This document shows, in pieces, positions 45,697 through 59,461 of a DNA stretch of 64,000 nt. The stretch's first letter is position 1, and every line of letters begins with the position of its first letter. Source of the DNA: an uncultured Spirochaetota bacterium (GTDB lineage Bacteria > Spirochaetota > Spirochaetia > SZUA-6 > CAVTHK01); the NCBI GenBank assembly GCA_963734495.1, contig CAVTHK010000013.1, forward strand, positions 128,001 to 192,000, read 5' to 3'. Both the position numbers and the translations under genes were made by a program. Below the pieces are notes generated by a model. The model searched no databases, was not told the DNA's origin, and was given only the letters and a program-made list of their open reading frames with translations.

Positions 45697-45968
45697 GGCG
45701 TATCGAGATCATCGCCAACCGGTCGGTCGAAACCGACGTGATGGAGGCCCTGCGCAGGCACGACGCGGCGCGGTATCACACAAAGGTCCCGACGGCCCAC
45801 GGGGTGGGCAGCTCGGGGCCGCGACAGGGGGACGCGGTCTGGCCCGAGGAGAACTTCGTGCTTATTGTCTACTGCGAGGACGCGGAAGCGCTTCGGGTTC
45901 GCGAGGCGATCGGCGAGGTCAAGAAGCTCTTCCCGGACGAGGGCGTCAAGCTCTTCGAGATGGCGTAA
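45693..45968 (+). CDS. small RND-associated P-II-like protein (PG0541-type)
   Basis: Start overlaps the RND stop; YHTKVPTAHGVG..GPRQGDAVWPEEN. Confidence 0.7.
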   Translation: MRRIEIIANRSVETDVMEALRRHDAARYHTKVPTAHGVGSSGPRQGDAVWPEENFVLIVYCEDAEALRVREAIGEVKKLFPDEGVKLFEMA

Positions 45969-46012
45969 CCCGCCGCGACCGCCCCCTCTTGTCCTCGAGG
46001 GAGGAGGAGAGA

Positions 46013-46996
46013 CTGAAGGCCATCCAGGTCGAGACGCGCGCCGGACGGCCGGTCCTGGTCTGGGGCCACGCCCCCGATCCGCAGCCGGCTGCCGGCGAGG
46101 TTCTCATCGCCGTCGCCGCCGCCGGCGTCAACCGCGCCGATCTCGCCCAGGCCGCGGGCGGCTACCCCGTCCCGCCCGGCGCGTCGCCGGTGCTCGGGCT
46201 GGAGGTCGCGGGATCGATCGCGTCGCTCGGCCCGGGCGTCTCGGGCGAATGGCGGCCGGGCGACCGCGTCTGCGCCCTGCTCGCCGGCGGCGGCTACGCG
46301 GAACTGGCGGCGGCGGACCAGAGGCTGCTGCTCCGCCTCCCGGACGCCTGGACCTTCGCACAAGGCGCCGCGGTGCCCGAAGCGTGGCTCACGGCCTGGG
46401 TCAACCTGATGATCGAAGGAAGGCTCCGCGCGGGCGAGAGCCTGCTGGTGCACGCCGGCGCGAGCGGGGTCGGCACGGCGGCGATACAGACGGCGCGGCG
46501 GGCCGGGGCGACGGTATACGCGACCGCGGGCGGTGAGGCCAAGATCGCCGTCTGCCGCGAGCTCGGCGCGGCTGCGGCGTTTGACCGCGTGCGCGGCGAC
46601 TTCGCCGAGGCCGTGCTCGCCGCGACCGGCGGCGCGGGAGTCGACCTCGTGCTCGACCCCGTCGGAGGGCCCTACCTGCGCAGCAACGTGCGCGTCCTCA
46701 AGGAGCACGGCCGTCTCGTGAGCATTGGCCTGCTCGGAGGCCGCAGCGGCGAGCTCGACCTCTCGGCGGTGCTCGGCCGCAGCCTCGAGATCCGCGGCTC
46801 GCGCCTGCGCCCCCGCCCGCTCTCCGAAAAGGCGCTCATCGTGCAGGGGTTCGCGCGCAACGTGTGGCCCGCGCTGCTTGCCGGAGAGCTGCGGCTGATC
46901 GTCGACCGGGCCTTCCCGATGGCCGAGGCCGGCGCCGCGCACGACTACGTCCGGGCCAACCGCAATACGGGCAAGGTGATCCTGTCGGCCCCTTGA
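46013..46996 (+). CDS. NAD(P)H-quinone oxidoreductase (PIG3 type)
   Basis: AAGVNRAD, LGLEVAG, GGGYAE, HAGASGVG, GKVIL; CTG start after GAGGAGG. Confidence 0.9.
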   Translation: MKAIQVETRAGRPVLVWGHAPDPQPAAGEVLIAVAAAGVNRADLAQAAGGYPVPPGASPVLGLEVAGSIASLGPGVSGEWRPGDRVCALLAGGGYAELAAADQRLLLRLPDAWTFAQGAAVPEAWLTAWVNLMIEGRLRAGESLLVHAGASGVGTAAIQTARRAGATVYATAGGEAKIAVCRELGAAAAFDRVRGDFAEAVLAATGGAGVDLVLDPVGGPYLRSNVRVLKEHGRLVSIGLLGGRSGELDLSAVLGRSLEIRGSRLRPRPLSEKALIVQGFARNVWPALLAGELRLIVDRAFPMAEAGAAHDYVRANRNTGKVILSAP

Positions 46997-47058
46997 CCCC
47001 GCGCTCGCCAGGGCGCGTGTCGCTTGACCCCGACCAGCGCTGCGGATAGCGTCTCCGG

Positions 47059-47910
47059 ATGAGCGAAGTGATCCTCCTGATGACGTGCCCCGACCGAACG
47101 GGCATCGTCGCCAGGACCACGATGCTTCTCTACGGCATCAACGCCAACGTGCTCAAGCTCGAGCAGCACGTCGAGGGCACCGGCCAGTTCTTCATGCGCA
47201 TCCACGCCGACACGACAGCCATCGACATCGACGCGGAGGAGTTCGTCCGCCGGATCGAGGCGCTCTCGCGCGAGCTCGAGGCGAAGATCTCGCTGCACGA
47301 CCCCGCGGCGGTCCAGCGGATAGCGATCATGGTCAGCCGCGAGGACGCCTGCCTCTGGGAGCTGCTGCTCAAACAGCGCTCGGGGGACCTGCAGGGCGAG
47401 GTGCGGCTGATCGTCAGCAATCACGACGAGCTGCGCCCCATCGCGAACGGGTTCGGCCTCCCGTTCCGCTGCCTGCCCGTGACGGCGGACACCCGGGAGA
47501 AGCAGGAGCTCGCCGTCCGCGAGCTGCTGCGCTCCGAGTCGATCGACGTCATCGTGCTGGCCCGCTACATGCAGATCCTGAGCCCCGCGTTCGTCGCGGA
47601 GTACGCCGGGCGGATCATCAACATCCACCACGGCTTCCTGCCGGCGTTCAAAGGCGCGCGGCCGTATCACCGCGCCTGGGAGCGCGGCGTAAAGATCATC
47701 GGGGCCACCGCCCACTACGTCACGGAGAACCTGGACGAAGGCCCGATCATCGACCAGGACGTGATCTCGGTCTCGCACCAGCACTCCGTGGCCGAGATGA
47801 TCGCGCGGGGCAGCGACATCGAGCGGCGCGTGCTCCTGAACGCGGTCCAGGCGCACCTGCAGCACCGCATCATCATCCACAACAACCGCACGATCATCTT
47901 CCACCCGTAG
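47059..47910 (+). CDS. purU: formyltetrahydrofolate deformylase
   Basis: CPDRTGIVA ACT domain, LARYMQIL, INIHH.FLP.FKGA.PY, LDEGPII. Confidence 0.96.
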   Translation: MSEVILLMTCPDRTGIVARTTMLLYGINANVLKLEQHVEGTGQFFMRIHADTTAIDIDAEEFVRRIEALSRELEAKISLHDPAAVQRIAIMVSREDACLWELLLKQRSGDLQGEVRLIVSNHDELRPIANGFGLPFRCLPVTADTREKQELAVRELLRSESIDVIVLARYMQILSPAFVAEYAGRIINIHHGFLPAFKGARPYHRAWERGVKIIGATAHYVTENLDEGPIIDQDVISVSHQHSVAEMIARGSDIERRVLLNAVQAHLQHRIIIHNNRTIIFHP

Positions 47911-47955
47911 AGCTCGCGAGCGCGGGAGGCGCGGGCCAGGCCGGCGCGCCCGGGC

Positions 47956-48912
47956 TTACGAGGCGAAGTCCTCGAGGAGGCGCTCGAGGATCACGCGCCG
48001 GGCCTCGGCCACGGACGACCTCGCCACGTAGCCGGCGGCGGGCCTGTGTCCGCCTCCCCCGAGAGCTTTGGCCACGATGCTCACGTCGTAGCCGTCGCTC
48101 GAGCGCAGGCTCACCGAGCATTCCGACGGCGCATCCTCTTTGATGAGAACCACGACCTCGCACCCGCGGATCATCTGCAGGTACTGGTAGAGCTCGTTCA
48201 GGCCGCGGGAGGTCCCGCCGGTCTCCTGCACGTCGACGAGCGAGACCCACGAGAGAAGGACCCGTCCGTCGGCGTGGCTTTCGGTGCGGTCGAGGAGCCG
48301 GCCGAGCAGCCTGGTCTGCCCGAGGCTGCGGCCGCCGTAGATCTCGCGATAGGACCGCAGCGGAGAGGCGCCGTTCTCCACCAGCCGCGCGACCTCCCTG
48401 AGGGCGGTCGCGCCGCTCTCGTCGACGTGGCGGAAGAAGCCCGTGTCCGTGCAGAATCCGAGGAGCAGGAGCTGCGCCTCCTCCGGCGTCGGCCGCATCT
48501 CGAACGACTCGATGAGCCGGAGCACGAGCAGCGAGGCGGACGCGGCTTTCTTGTCGACGAAGAGGGCGTCGCCGAAGGGCTCGGCGGACGCATGGTGATC
48601 GATGACCAGCGTCGGCAGGCCCTGCGCGAACCGGCCCGGGGCCCCGACCCGATCGAGGCTCGCGCAATCGACGAGCATCGCTGCCGCGCCGGCCAGGGAA
48701 GCCGGATCGACGGCCTGGACAAACTCGGCGGCGAAGCTCCTGATCTCCGGACGCTCGAAAGGCCCCTCGGAGAGGCACACCGCCGACTTGCCGAGCCGCC
48801 CGAGCCACGAGCGCAGGACGAGCTGCGACCCGAGGCAATCGGCGTCGGGGTCCGAGTGGCCGAGGAGCAGGAAGTGACTGTGCTCTTCGATGAAGGCCCG
48901 GGGGTCGGTCAC
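47956..48912 (-). CDS. nrnA: DHH/DHHA1 oligoribonuclease/PAP phosphatase
   Basis: H..PDADCLGS, VDC, IDHH, TDTGFF, SLRS, GGGGH. Confidence 0.9.
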   Translation of the reverse strand: MTDPRAFIEEHSHFLLLGHSDPDADCLGSQLVLRSWLGRLGKSAVCLSEGPFERPEIRSFAAEFVQAVDPASLAGAAAMLVDCASLDRVGAPGRFAQGLPTLVIDHHASAEPFGDALFVDKKAASASLLVLRLIESFEMRPTPEEAQLLLLGFCTDTGFFRHVDESGATALREVARLVENGASPLRSYREIYGGRSLGQTRLLGRLLDRTESHADGRVLLSWVSLVDVQETGGTSRGLNELYQYLQMIRGCEVVVLIKEDAPSECSVSLRSSDGYDVSIVAKALGGGGHRPAAGYVARSSVAEARRVILERLLEDFAS

Positions 48913-48961
48913 TGGTGCAACGGGAGGACGCCGCCCGCCGCGGACGGCGGCGCTCCGCGGA

Positions 48962-49372
48962 CTACTCCGACTCCAGCTTCGGCTCGTCGACCTTGAAGTG
49001 CTGCTCGGCCTCCGCCTGCGGCTCCTTGAGCACGCCCCAGGTGTACGCCTGGATGTCCTGGACCAGGAACAGCTTGATGTGGCTGAACTTCCCGTTGATC
49101 CAGTAGATCGACATGTAGGGAAACTGGGGGCCGCTGCCGTAGGTGATCGACGCCTTGCCGCCGGCCTGAAGGAACCACTCGGCCGGGACGTAGAAGCTGT
49201 CAACGCCTCCGCGGTTGGTCTGGTAGAAGACCTTGTACCCCAGCGCGTGGGTAAAGACCTTGACCACGGGAATCGTACGGACATAGATACTCTCGTTGTC
49301 TTTGGGCCGGCCCTGCGCGAACACGGACAGGCAGAGGGCCAGAAGAGCGACCACGAGGGCGAGCCTTCTCAT
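48962..49372 (-). CDS. hypothetical secreted protein
   Basis: AGGAGGAG RBS; MRRLALVVALLALCLSVFA signal peptide; beta-rich. Confidence 0.7.
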   Translation of the reverse strand: MRRLALVVALLALCLSVFAQGRPKDNESIYVRTIPVVKVFTHALGYKVFYQTNRGGVDSFYVPAEWFLQAGGKASITYGSGPQFPYMSIYWINGKFSHIKLFLVQDIQAYTWGVLKEPQAEAEQHFKVDEPKLESE

Positions 49373-49575
49373 CCATCTCCTCCTTCGAGAGTATACCACC
49401 GCGGCGTTCGCCGCACTCCCGGGGACGCGAGGAAGACCGTCACGAATTATACCCGCCGCTCGTCCCCCATAGCAAGCGCTTTTCCGGCCTGAGGGCCGCC
49501 GTGGGGGTCGCCGGGGACCGCCGCGCGAAGCCGCGGGCTCACCGCGCGCGGGCGGGATCGGCCGCGCGAAGCCCT

Positions 49576-51231
<1,656 letters not shown>

Positions 51232-51266
51232 GGCGTGGCCTCCGTGCGGCGATCCGGTCGCCGCCG

Positions 51267-51749
51267 TCAGTACTTGTACCCGAATCGGCGCAGCAGCGCC
51301 TTGCGCTCTTCCCTGTCCTTCGCGCTCTCGACGCCCCTGGGCGCCGAGCCGTCGATGACGCCGACGATGCCGCCGCCCTGCTCGCTGCGCGCGACCAGCA
51401 CCTGCAGCGGGTTGGAGGTGGCGCAGAACACGCGGCACACCTCCTGGCAGGCCTTGACGGCGTTCAGCAGGTTGATCGGGAAGGCTTTGCGCAGGACCAG
51501 GTAGAAGGTGTGCCCGGCGCCCACCGCCCGGGCGCACGCGGTGGCGTCGGCGACGAGGTCCGCGGCGTTGCCCTCCGTGCGGATCAGGCACGGGCCCGAG
51601 GCCTCGCAGAACGCCAGCCCGAACTCCACCCCGGGCACCGCGGAGACGACGATCTCCGCCAGGTCCTCCACGGTCTTGATGAAGTGCGACTGGCCGACCA
51701 CGATGTTGCAGCCCTCCGACCACTTGAGAGCGACCGCCTGGACTTCCAT
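51267..51749 (-). CDS. adenosine-specific kinase family (DUF355) protein
   Basis: [39 protein letters not shown]. Confidence 0.85.
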   Translation of the reverse strand: MEVQAVALKWSEGCNIVVGQSHFIKTVEDLAEIVVSAVPGVEFGLAFCEASGPCLIRTEGNAADLVADATACARAVGAGHTFYLVLRKAFPINLLNAVKACQEVCRVFCATSNPLQVLVARSEQGGGIVGVIDGSAPRGVESAKDREERKALLRRFGYKY

Positions 51750-51883
51750 GCCCACCTCCCGCGCGCCTCTTCATTCTACCATCCGACCGCGGCCTCCGGC
51801 TATCTCGCCGCCCCGGCCGTCCCGCGCGTTTGATGGCGGCCGACGCGCCGTGGTAGTCTCATGCCGCGAGGAGGCACGTTTCC

Positions 51884-53227
<1,344 letters not shown>

Positions 53228-53291
53228 GGCGCGGGGCGCGCGCCTGCCGCGGTCCGACCCCGGCAGGCGCTGCGCCCCTTCGGCTGAGGCT

Positions 53292-53439
53292 GCGCCTCGG
53301 CGGAGCCCCCGCTTCGGCTCAGCCGCCTCGCGTGCTACCGCGCCTCGGCGGAGCCCCTCTTCGGCTCCGCCGCCTCGCCTGCTGCCGCGCCTCGGCGGAG
53401 CCCCTCTTCGGCTCCGCCGCCTCGGCGGAGCCCCCCTTC
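53292..53439. repeat. 47-48 bp tandem repeat with internal hairpin (about 3.5 copies)
   Basis: gcctcggcggagcccc.cttcggctc.gcc units starting near 53292, 53340, 53387, partial at 53419. Confidence 0.85.
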
Positions 53440-53575
53440 ATTTTCCCTTCCGGGCTCTGAACATCCGTTCCAGGACGACGATCGACACGAAGAACGCGGC
53501 GATCACCACGAAGACGCCGGCAAACCCGGCGATCGCGAGAAACAGCCCCTGGCCCAGCACGCTCTGGCTTTTCAC
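53438..53575 (-). CDS. small single-TM OadG-related subunit (not in the ORF track; may start near 53595)
   Basis: VKSQSVLGQGLFLAIAGFAGVFVVIAAFFVSIVVLERMFRARKGK* immediately after oadB. Confidence 0.6.
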   Translation of the reverse strand: MKSQSVLGQGLFLAIAGFAGVFVVIAAFFVSIVVLERMFRARKGK

Positions 53576-53599
53576 GAAAGCGATCAGCTCGTCATCGGC

Positions 53600-54832
53600 T
53601 CACCCCAGGACGATCGGCGCCAGGGCCAGCAGGACGCCGCCGGCAACCACCGAGCCGAGCTGGCCCGAGACGTTCGCGCTGACCGCCTGCATCAGGATCC
53701 AGGTCTGGTTGTCCTCCGCCTGCGCCATCTTGTGAACCACGCGCGCCGACATCGGGAACGCCGAGATGCCGGCCGCCCCGATCATCGGGTTCACCTTTGT
53801 CCTCGCGAATACGTTGTAGAGCTTGGCGATCATCACGCCTCCGGCGGTATCGAAGATGAAAGCCCCGAGACCGAGGCTCAGGATCATCAGGGTCTCGAGC
53901 CTTATGAACTTGTCGGAGGTCATCGAGCTGCCGATGGTCACGCCGAGCAGGAGGGTGACCAGGTTCGCCAGCTCGTTCTGCGCCGCCTTCGAGAGCCGGT
54001 CGAGCACGCCGCTCTCCCGGATGAGATTGCCCAGCATGAGGAATCCGACCAGCGGGAACGCTGATCGGCGCGATGAGCGCGGAGACGAACGTGACGACGA
54101 TCGGGAAAGGCGACGCGGGCGGCCCGCGACACGTCGGCCTCGTGGTAGCTCATCTTGATCCTTCGCTCCTCGCGCGACGTGAGCAGCCGCACGATGGGCG
54201 GCTGGATGAGAGGGACGAGCGCCATGTAGGAGTAGGCGGCGACCGAGATCGGCCCCAGGAGGTTTCGGGCCAGCCTCGTGGCCACGTAGATCGACGTCGG
54301 GCCGTCGGCGGCCCCGATGATGCTGATGGCGATCGCGTGGTTCATGCGCGAAGCCGAGCAGGATCGCTATGATGAGCGTCGCGAAGATTCCGAACTGCGC
54401 GGCCGCGCCGAAAAAGATCATCTGGGGCATCTTGAACAGCGGCGTAAAGTCGCACATCGCGCCGATCGCGATGAAGATCAGCACGGGAAACAGCTCCGTG
54501 ATGATCCCCGCGTTGAACAGGATCGACAGCACGCCCGGCTCGGTGCTGTACGCCCGGCCGCTCTCGAACACGTAGTGCAGCGTGCGCTCGAAGAACTCGC
54601 GCGCGTCCGGGTTCGCCGCCACGAACCTCGTCACGAACGGGTCGAGCGACCTGCCGGCCGTGAGCACGACCGACAGCGGCAGGTTCACGAGGATGGCGCC
54701 GAAGCCGATGGGCAGCAGCAGCATCGGCTCGTACTCCTTCTTCACGGCCAGGACGATGAGCGTGAGGCCCACCACGTACATGATGAGCTGCTGCCAGGTC
54801 GGAAAAGCGAATTGCAGAGCCATGGGATCCAT
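53600..54832 (-). CDS. oadB: sodium-translocating decarboxylase beta subunit (frameshifted)
   Basis: [51 protein letters not shown]. Confidence 0.92.
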   Translation of the reverse strand: MDPMALQFAFPTWQQLIMYVVGLTLIVLAVKKEYEPMLLLPIGFGAILVNLPLSVVLTAGRSLDPFVTRFVAANPDAREFFERTLHYVFESGRAYSTEPGVLSILFNAGIITELFPVLIFIAIGAMCDFTPLFKMPQMIFFGAAAQFGIFATLIIAILLGFAHEPRDRHQHHRGRRRPDVDLRGHEAGPKPPGADLGRRLLLHGARPSHPAAHRAAAHVARGAKDQDELPRGRRVAGRPRRLSRSSSRSSPRSSRRSAFPLVGFLMLGNLIRESGVLDRLSKAAQNELANLVTLLLGVTIGSSMTSDKFIRLETLMILSLGLGAFIFDTAGGVMIAKLYNVFARTKVNPMIGAAGISAFPMSARVVHKMAQAEDNQTWILMQAVSANVSGQLGSVVAGGVLLALAPIVLG

Positions 54833-55075
54833 TCAGCACCCCCAGGAGAGATGGCGCGCGGCCGTCGCCGGCGGCCCCGACGGCCCGGCGGCGACATGAT
54901 CAGCGTGCCGGCACGAACGACCGCGGCAGGAAGCCGCGCTGCGGTGTTCACGGTCCGTTCCCTTTCGACGATCCGCGGGAGGCTCTGGAGCCTGTCGGAC
55001 CTGCGGCTGACCGCCGTTCCCGCCGATACCGCGGGTCTGGGCACGGCGGACCGTGCCCGATCTACCCGGAAGCCA

Positions 55076-56779
55076 TCAGGAGGTCCAGGTCGATCTCGAG
55101 GCAGGCCGTCGGCATGACGATCCCCCAGTTGGCGAGCACCTCGGGGTGGACTTCGCCGAGGAGACCGACCCGACGGCCCCCGCACGAGGACCTCGGCGGT
55201 CCGCCCCTCGACAGGCGCGGGATCGACCGCCGGCCTCAGCTCGAGCTCGCGCACGAGATAGTAGAAGAGGGCGCCGACGACAGGCGTGACCTCGTTGAGC
55301 CCGGCACCGCGATCCGCCCAGAGCGCGCCCAGCGTGTTGCGGGTCACGCAGCCGCTCGGGTCTGAGCTCGTCGCGAAACGCCACCTTCCCGACCTCGAAG
55401 ATGCGGTGCGGGTACACGGCGTTCGCCGGACGCGGCCTCGGACGTGAGCAGGTGCGCCAGGGTCGAGTTGCGGACGACCGCGTAGTTCTCGGTCATCGGA
55501 TTCGAGATCTCGATCACGCTTCTCGCCGGACAGGCGCATCTTCTCGACGAAGTCCTTCCACGAGCCCAGGTAGTTGTAGATCATCTCCTGGAAACCGAGG
55601 CCCACCATCACGTCGCGCGCCCTGCGCACGAAGACCTCCGCGTCGGAGAGCCGGCCGATCGTGTAGTCCCGCGGCATCTCGGGCTCGAAGCTCGTCAGGC
55701 CGCGGGCGATCACGGCCTCCTCGGCGACGTCCACCGGGTGCAGGAAGTCGTTGCGGTAGGCGGGAGGCGTGACGACGACGCTCCTGCCCTGCGACCGCGA
55801 CCGCGTGCCCGTGCTTGCGAAGGAGCGTCGCCAGGCTCGCGGGCGCTCGATCTTTTCGCCGAGCAGCCGGCTCGCGAAATCGGCCTCGAGGGCCTGCGGC
55901 TTCTGGAAGTACAGCGGGCGTGACCGTTTCGCGGCCGTAGGGGGTCTCGTAGGGATAGACGATCCTGACCGGCAGGATCTCGAACCCCATGTCGGCGAGG
56001 TCGCACGCCGCGATCGAAGTCGCGAGCAGGAGCGAGTTGATCTCCGTGCCGGTGAGCTCGATGAACAGGCTGCGTGTCGCCGACCTCCACGGCGCCCGAG
56101 GCGCGCGCTGTTGATGATCGGGGGAAACGACAGGACCTCGCCCGCGGAGTCCTCGAGGAACGGGTAGCGCTCGAGCCCTTCGAGCGCGAAGGCGAACTCG
56201 ATCCCCTTGGGGTGGCGCTCGAGGATCTGCGTGAGGCTGAGGGTCTCGCTCATCCCCAGCGGGACGAACCGCGTCGCTGTCGGGATCGACGGCGCGGTAG
56301 CGCACGGGGTAGCGCACGAGGTCCGCCCGGTAGTACCCCATGGCGATGCCCTTGCGCTTGCTGGCCGTAGTTCCAGCAGAGCTTCTCCTGGGTCTGGATG
56401 ATGTCCTTGAGCTGCTCATCGCTGATCGCCGGGCCCCTGCGCGACGAACGCGGCGATGTACGGTCGGATCGTCGCGCAGGCCGCGGTCCACCGTGACGAC
56501 GCGCTCGCCGGCGTCGAGCGCCGACTCCGGCGTCGAGAGGAACTGGTAGACCGGCGCCTTGCCCCCGCGCTGCAGCCGCAGCTCGCGGGCGAGCCCGGCG
56601 GTCGACCACAGGTCGGGCCTGTTCGTGTCGTTGAGCTCGATCCTGAGCAGGCCCTTGTCGGGCTCGCGGCCGTCGAGCTGGGCCTTGGCGGACTGCAGCA
56701 GGTCCTCGAACGCATCGCCTTCGATCCGCTCCCCGAGCAGCCGGTAGAAGGGTGTCTCGTAGACGTCGATCTTGGGCAT
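55076..56779 (-). CDS. pheT: phenylalanine--tRNA ligase beta subunit, short archaeal-type (many frameshifts)
   Basis: IELNDTNRPDLWS, LSFPPIINS, YRNDFLHPVD..EE, YPHRIFEVGKV. Confidence 0.9.
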
Positions 56780-56781
56780 CG

Positions 56782-58322
56782 CTATCTCCTGGTCCGCAGG
56801 CGCGACCGTCTCGATGTCGGGGGTGAAGAGGTCGCGGATGTCGTTGATGCCCATGCTCACCATGGCCATCCGGTCGATGCCGAGCCCCCAGGCGAGAACC
56901 GGCACGTCGACGCCCATCGGCTTGGTGACCTCGGGCCTGAAGATGCCCGACCCGCCGAGCTCCATCCAGCCGAGCTTCGGGTGCTTCATGTGCACCTCGA
57001 CGGACGGCTCGGTGAACGGGAAGTACGCGGGCACGTACTTGATCTCTCTGGCACCGGCGACCTCCTCGGCGAACATCTTGAGCAGACCCAGCAGCGTCTT
57101 GAGGTTCACGTCCTCGCCCAGCACGATGCCCTCGGTCTGGTAGAAGTCCGCGGCGTGGTGGGCGTCCACGTCGTCCGGGCGGAAGCAGCGCACGCAGCCG
57201 AAGTACTTGCCCGGCACGCGCGCGTTGTGCAGCTGCCTGGCCGAGAGCACGGTCCCCTGGCTGCGCAGGATGAGCCTGCGGGTAAAGTCGCGGTCGAAGC
57301 TGTAGCCCCAGCCGCGGCTGCCGGTCTCCCAGCCGTCCTGATGCGTCGCCGCGACGCGGTCGAGATACGGCTGCTCGATCTCGGCGTGATGCGTCGGCTG
57401 CTTGACGTAGAACACGTCGTGGATGTCGCGCGCCGGGTGGAACTGCGGCATGAACAGGGCGTCGCAGTTCCAGAACTCCGTTTCGACGAGCGGCCCGTCG
57501 AACTCCTCGAAGCCCAGGGAGACCAGCTTGTCCTTGAGGCGCTCCAGGAACTCGACGTAGGGGTTGCGCCGCCCGATGACCGGGCGCACCCTCGCGCCCG
57601 CCACGTTGTACGGCCGGAACCTCTTCGCGCGCCAGGACCCGTCCTGCAGCATCTCCGGCGTGAGCGCGCCGACCTCGTCGCCGGTCTCGCCGCGCTCGCG
57701 CAGCAACTCCCTGGCGCGCACGCCCTGCGCGCTCATGCGGTAGACCGACGTCTTCGCGCTCGACGACGCGGAACGGCGCGGACGACGAGCCGCGCTTGCG
57801 GCTCATCGAGGCGACGATCGCCCAGTCTGCGCCCTCGAAAGCCTTCTCCGTGAGGTGCTCCCCCGCCGAGAACCTCTCGAGCAGCGCGCGCACGCGGGCG
57901 TTGTGCTGCGACGGCCTTCCTGTGGAGATCACGCGCTTTTCAGCGTCGAGGGCGAGCACGCCCTCCTTTGAGAGAGCGCCGAACGCGGAGCCGAGATCGC
58001 TCTGCTCCAGGCCCAGCGACGCCGCAAGCTCCGGAAGCGTCCGCGGGCCGCCGGCCGCCACGGCGTCAACCATGCGCTCGGCGGGGGTGCCCTTCTCTTT
58101 GAACTTCAGGCCGAGGTCGGTGAGGTCGGCGAGGGCCTCGCGGCGGCGCTCGCGCTCCTCGATCAGCCCCTTGGCGAGGAGCCAGCTGAAGGCCTGGTTG
58201 CACTGCCCCTGGTTGAAGCCGAGGCGCGCGGCCGCCTGACGGCTGTCGATGCTCTCCTCCGCGTCGAAGCCGAGGAGCAGCCTGATCTCCAGGGGATGCA
58301 GACCCTTGACCAGAGCCTCCAT
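56782..58322 (-). CDS. pheS: phenylalanine--tRNA ligase alpha subunit, long archaeal-type (frameshifted)
   Basis: N-terminal winged-helix extension; FWNCDALFMPQFHPARD, YFPFTEPS, WGLGIDR. Confidence 0.93.
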
Positions 58323-58505
58323 GAGGGTGCCTCCGATTGCCCTGCGCCGTGCACAGATGAGCGAAACGCGGTGAGCGCCGGCGACTTATACGTACCGGGA
58401 TTGTGCGCCTTTGTAAAGAGCCGGAGCCGCCGTTGCCGTCCCCGCGGGCGGCCGCCTATACTTGGCGTGTTCGTGTTCCGGCGCAAACCGCCGGCAGGAG
58501 GCCCG

Positions 58506-59333
58506 ATGGGAAAGCTGAAGGGCCAGGTGGCGATCGTCACCGGCGGCGGCCGGGGCATAGGGCGCGAGATTTGCTCGGCCTTCGCCTCCCAAGGCGCAAG
58601 CGTCGCGGTCGTCTCGCGTACACGGGAGCAGATCGCCGAGACCGTTCGCCGGATCGCGGACGAAGGCGGCACGGCCTTCGGCATCGCGGTCGACGTGACG
58701 GACTTCGCCGCCATCGAGTCGATGGTGCGCCGGGTCGTGGACAAGCTGGGTCCCATCGACCTCCTGATGAACAACGCCGGGAGCAACTCCGCGATGGCGC
58801 CTGTGACTGAGGCCGACCCCGCGGCGTGGTGGCGGGACGTCACGGTCAACCTTCTCGGCCCGTTTCACGCGTCGCGGGCAGTGCTCCCCGGGATGCTCGC
58901 GCGGCGCGGCGGCCGGATCATCAACATGGCGGGCGGAGGCATGGCGACGCCCGTGGCCTGCCTGTCGGGATATGGAAGCTCCAAGGCCGGCCTGATGCGC
59001 TTTACCGAGACCCTCGACCGCGAGGTGTGGGAACTAGGTGTGAAGGTCTTCGCCATGAGCCCTGGGCTCGTGCGCACGGAGATGAACCTGGCGCTGGTGA
59101 GAAGCGGAGCGCTGGAGCGCTGGGGGAAGCCGACGTACGACAGGCTCGAGCGGGGCGAGCACGTGCCTCCGACGATGGCCGCCGCCCTCGCGGTGGAAAT
59201 CGCGTCGGGGAGGCTCGACGAGCTGCACGGGCGGTGGTTCGGCGTCGGCGAGGACCTCGACGAGGTGCTCTCGCAGAAGGACCGCATCCTCGCTGAGGAC
59301 CTCAGGACCCTGAGGATGACGGGCCTCACGTAG
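58506..59333 (+). CDS. SDR family oxidoreductase
   Basis: TGGGRGIG, NNAG, YGSSK. Confidence 0.92.
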   Translation: MGKLKGQVAIVTGGGRGIGREICSAFASQGASVAVVSRTREQIAETVRRIADEGGTAFGIAVDVTDFAAIESMVRRVVDKLGPIDLLMNNAGSNSAMAPVTEADPAAWWRDVTVNLLGPFHASRAVLPGMLARRGGRIINMAGGGMATPVACLSGYGSSKAGLMRFTETLDREVWELGVKVFAMSPGLVRTEMNLALVRSGALERWGKPTYDRLERGEHVPPTMAAALAVEIASGRLDELHGRWFGVGEDLDEVLSQKDRILAEDLRTLRMTGLT

Positions 59334-59373
59334 ACTCCGGCTCGCGGGGCATGTCCGGCATGTCCCCTGGCGC

Positions 59374-59402
59374 TTGACCTTGCCCGCGGGGGTCCATAGA
59401 AT
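59374..59402 (+). promoter_or_regulatory. sigma70 promoter of nfnAB
   Basis: TTGACC-N17-TAGAAT. Confidence 0.65.
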
Positions 59403-59461
59403 CCGGACAGCTTTCCAAGCGGCAAGTCATTGCCGCTGAGGGTCGACTTCCTGGAGCGGGG

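Noticed and set aside
53292-53439. CRISPR array
   Set aside because: The inter-repeat segments are short and near-identical rather than unique spacers, and no cas genes are present.
54833-55075. Na+-sensing or c-di-GMP riboswitch upstream of oadB
   Set aside because: The context is suggestive and hairpins exist, but I cannot match a consensus by eye. An Rfam scan is needed.
58323-58505. T-box riboswitch upstream of pheS
   Set aside because: The region is short, shared with a divergent promoter, and has no recognisable T-box consensus or terminator.
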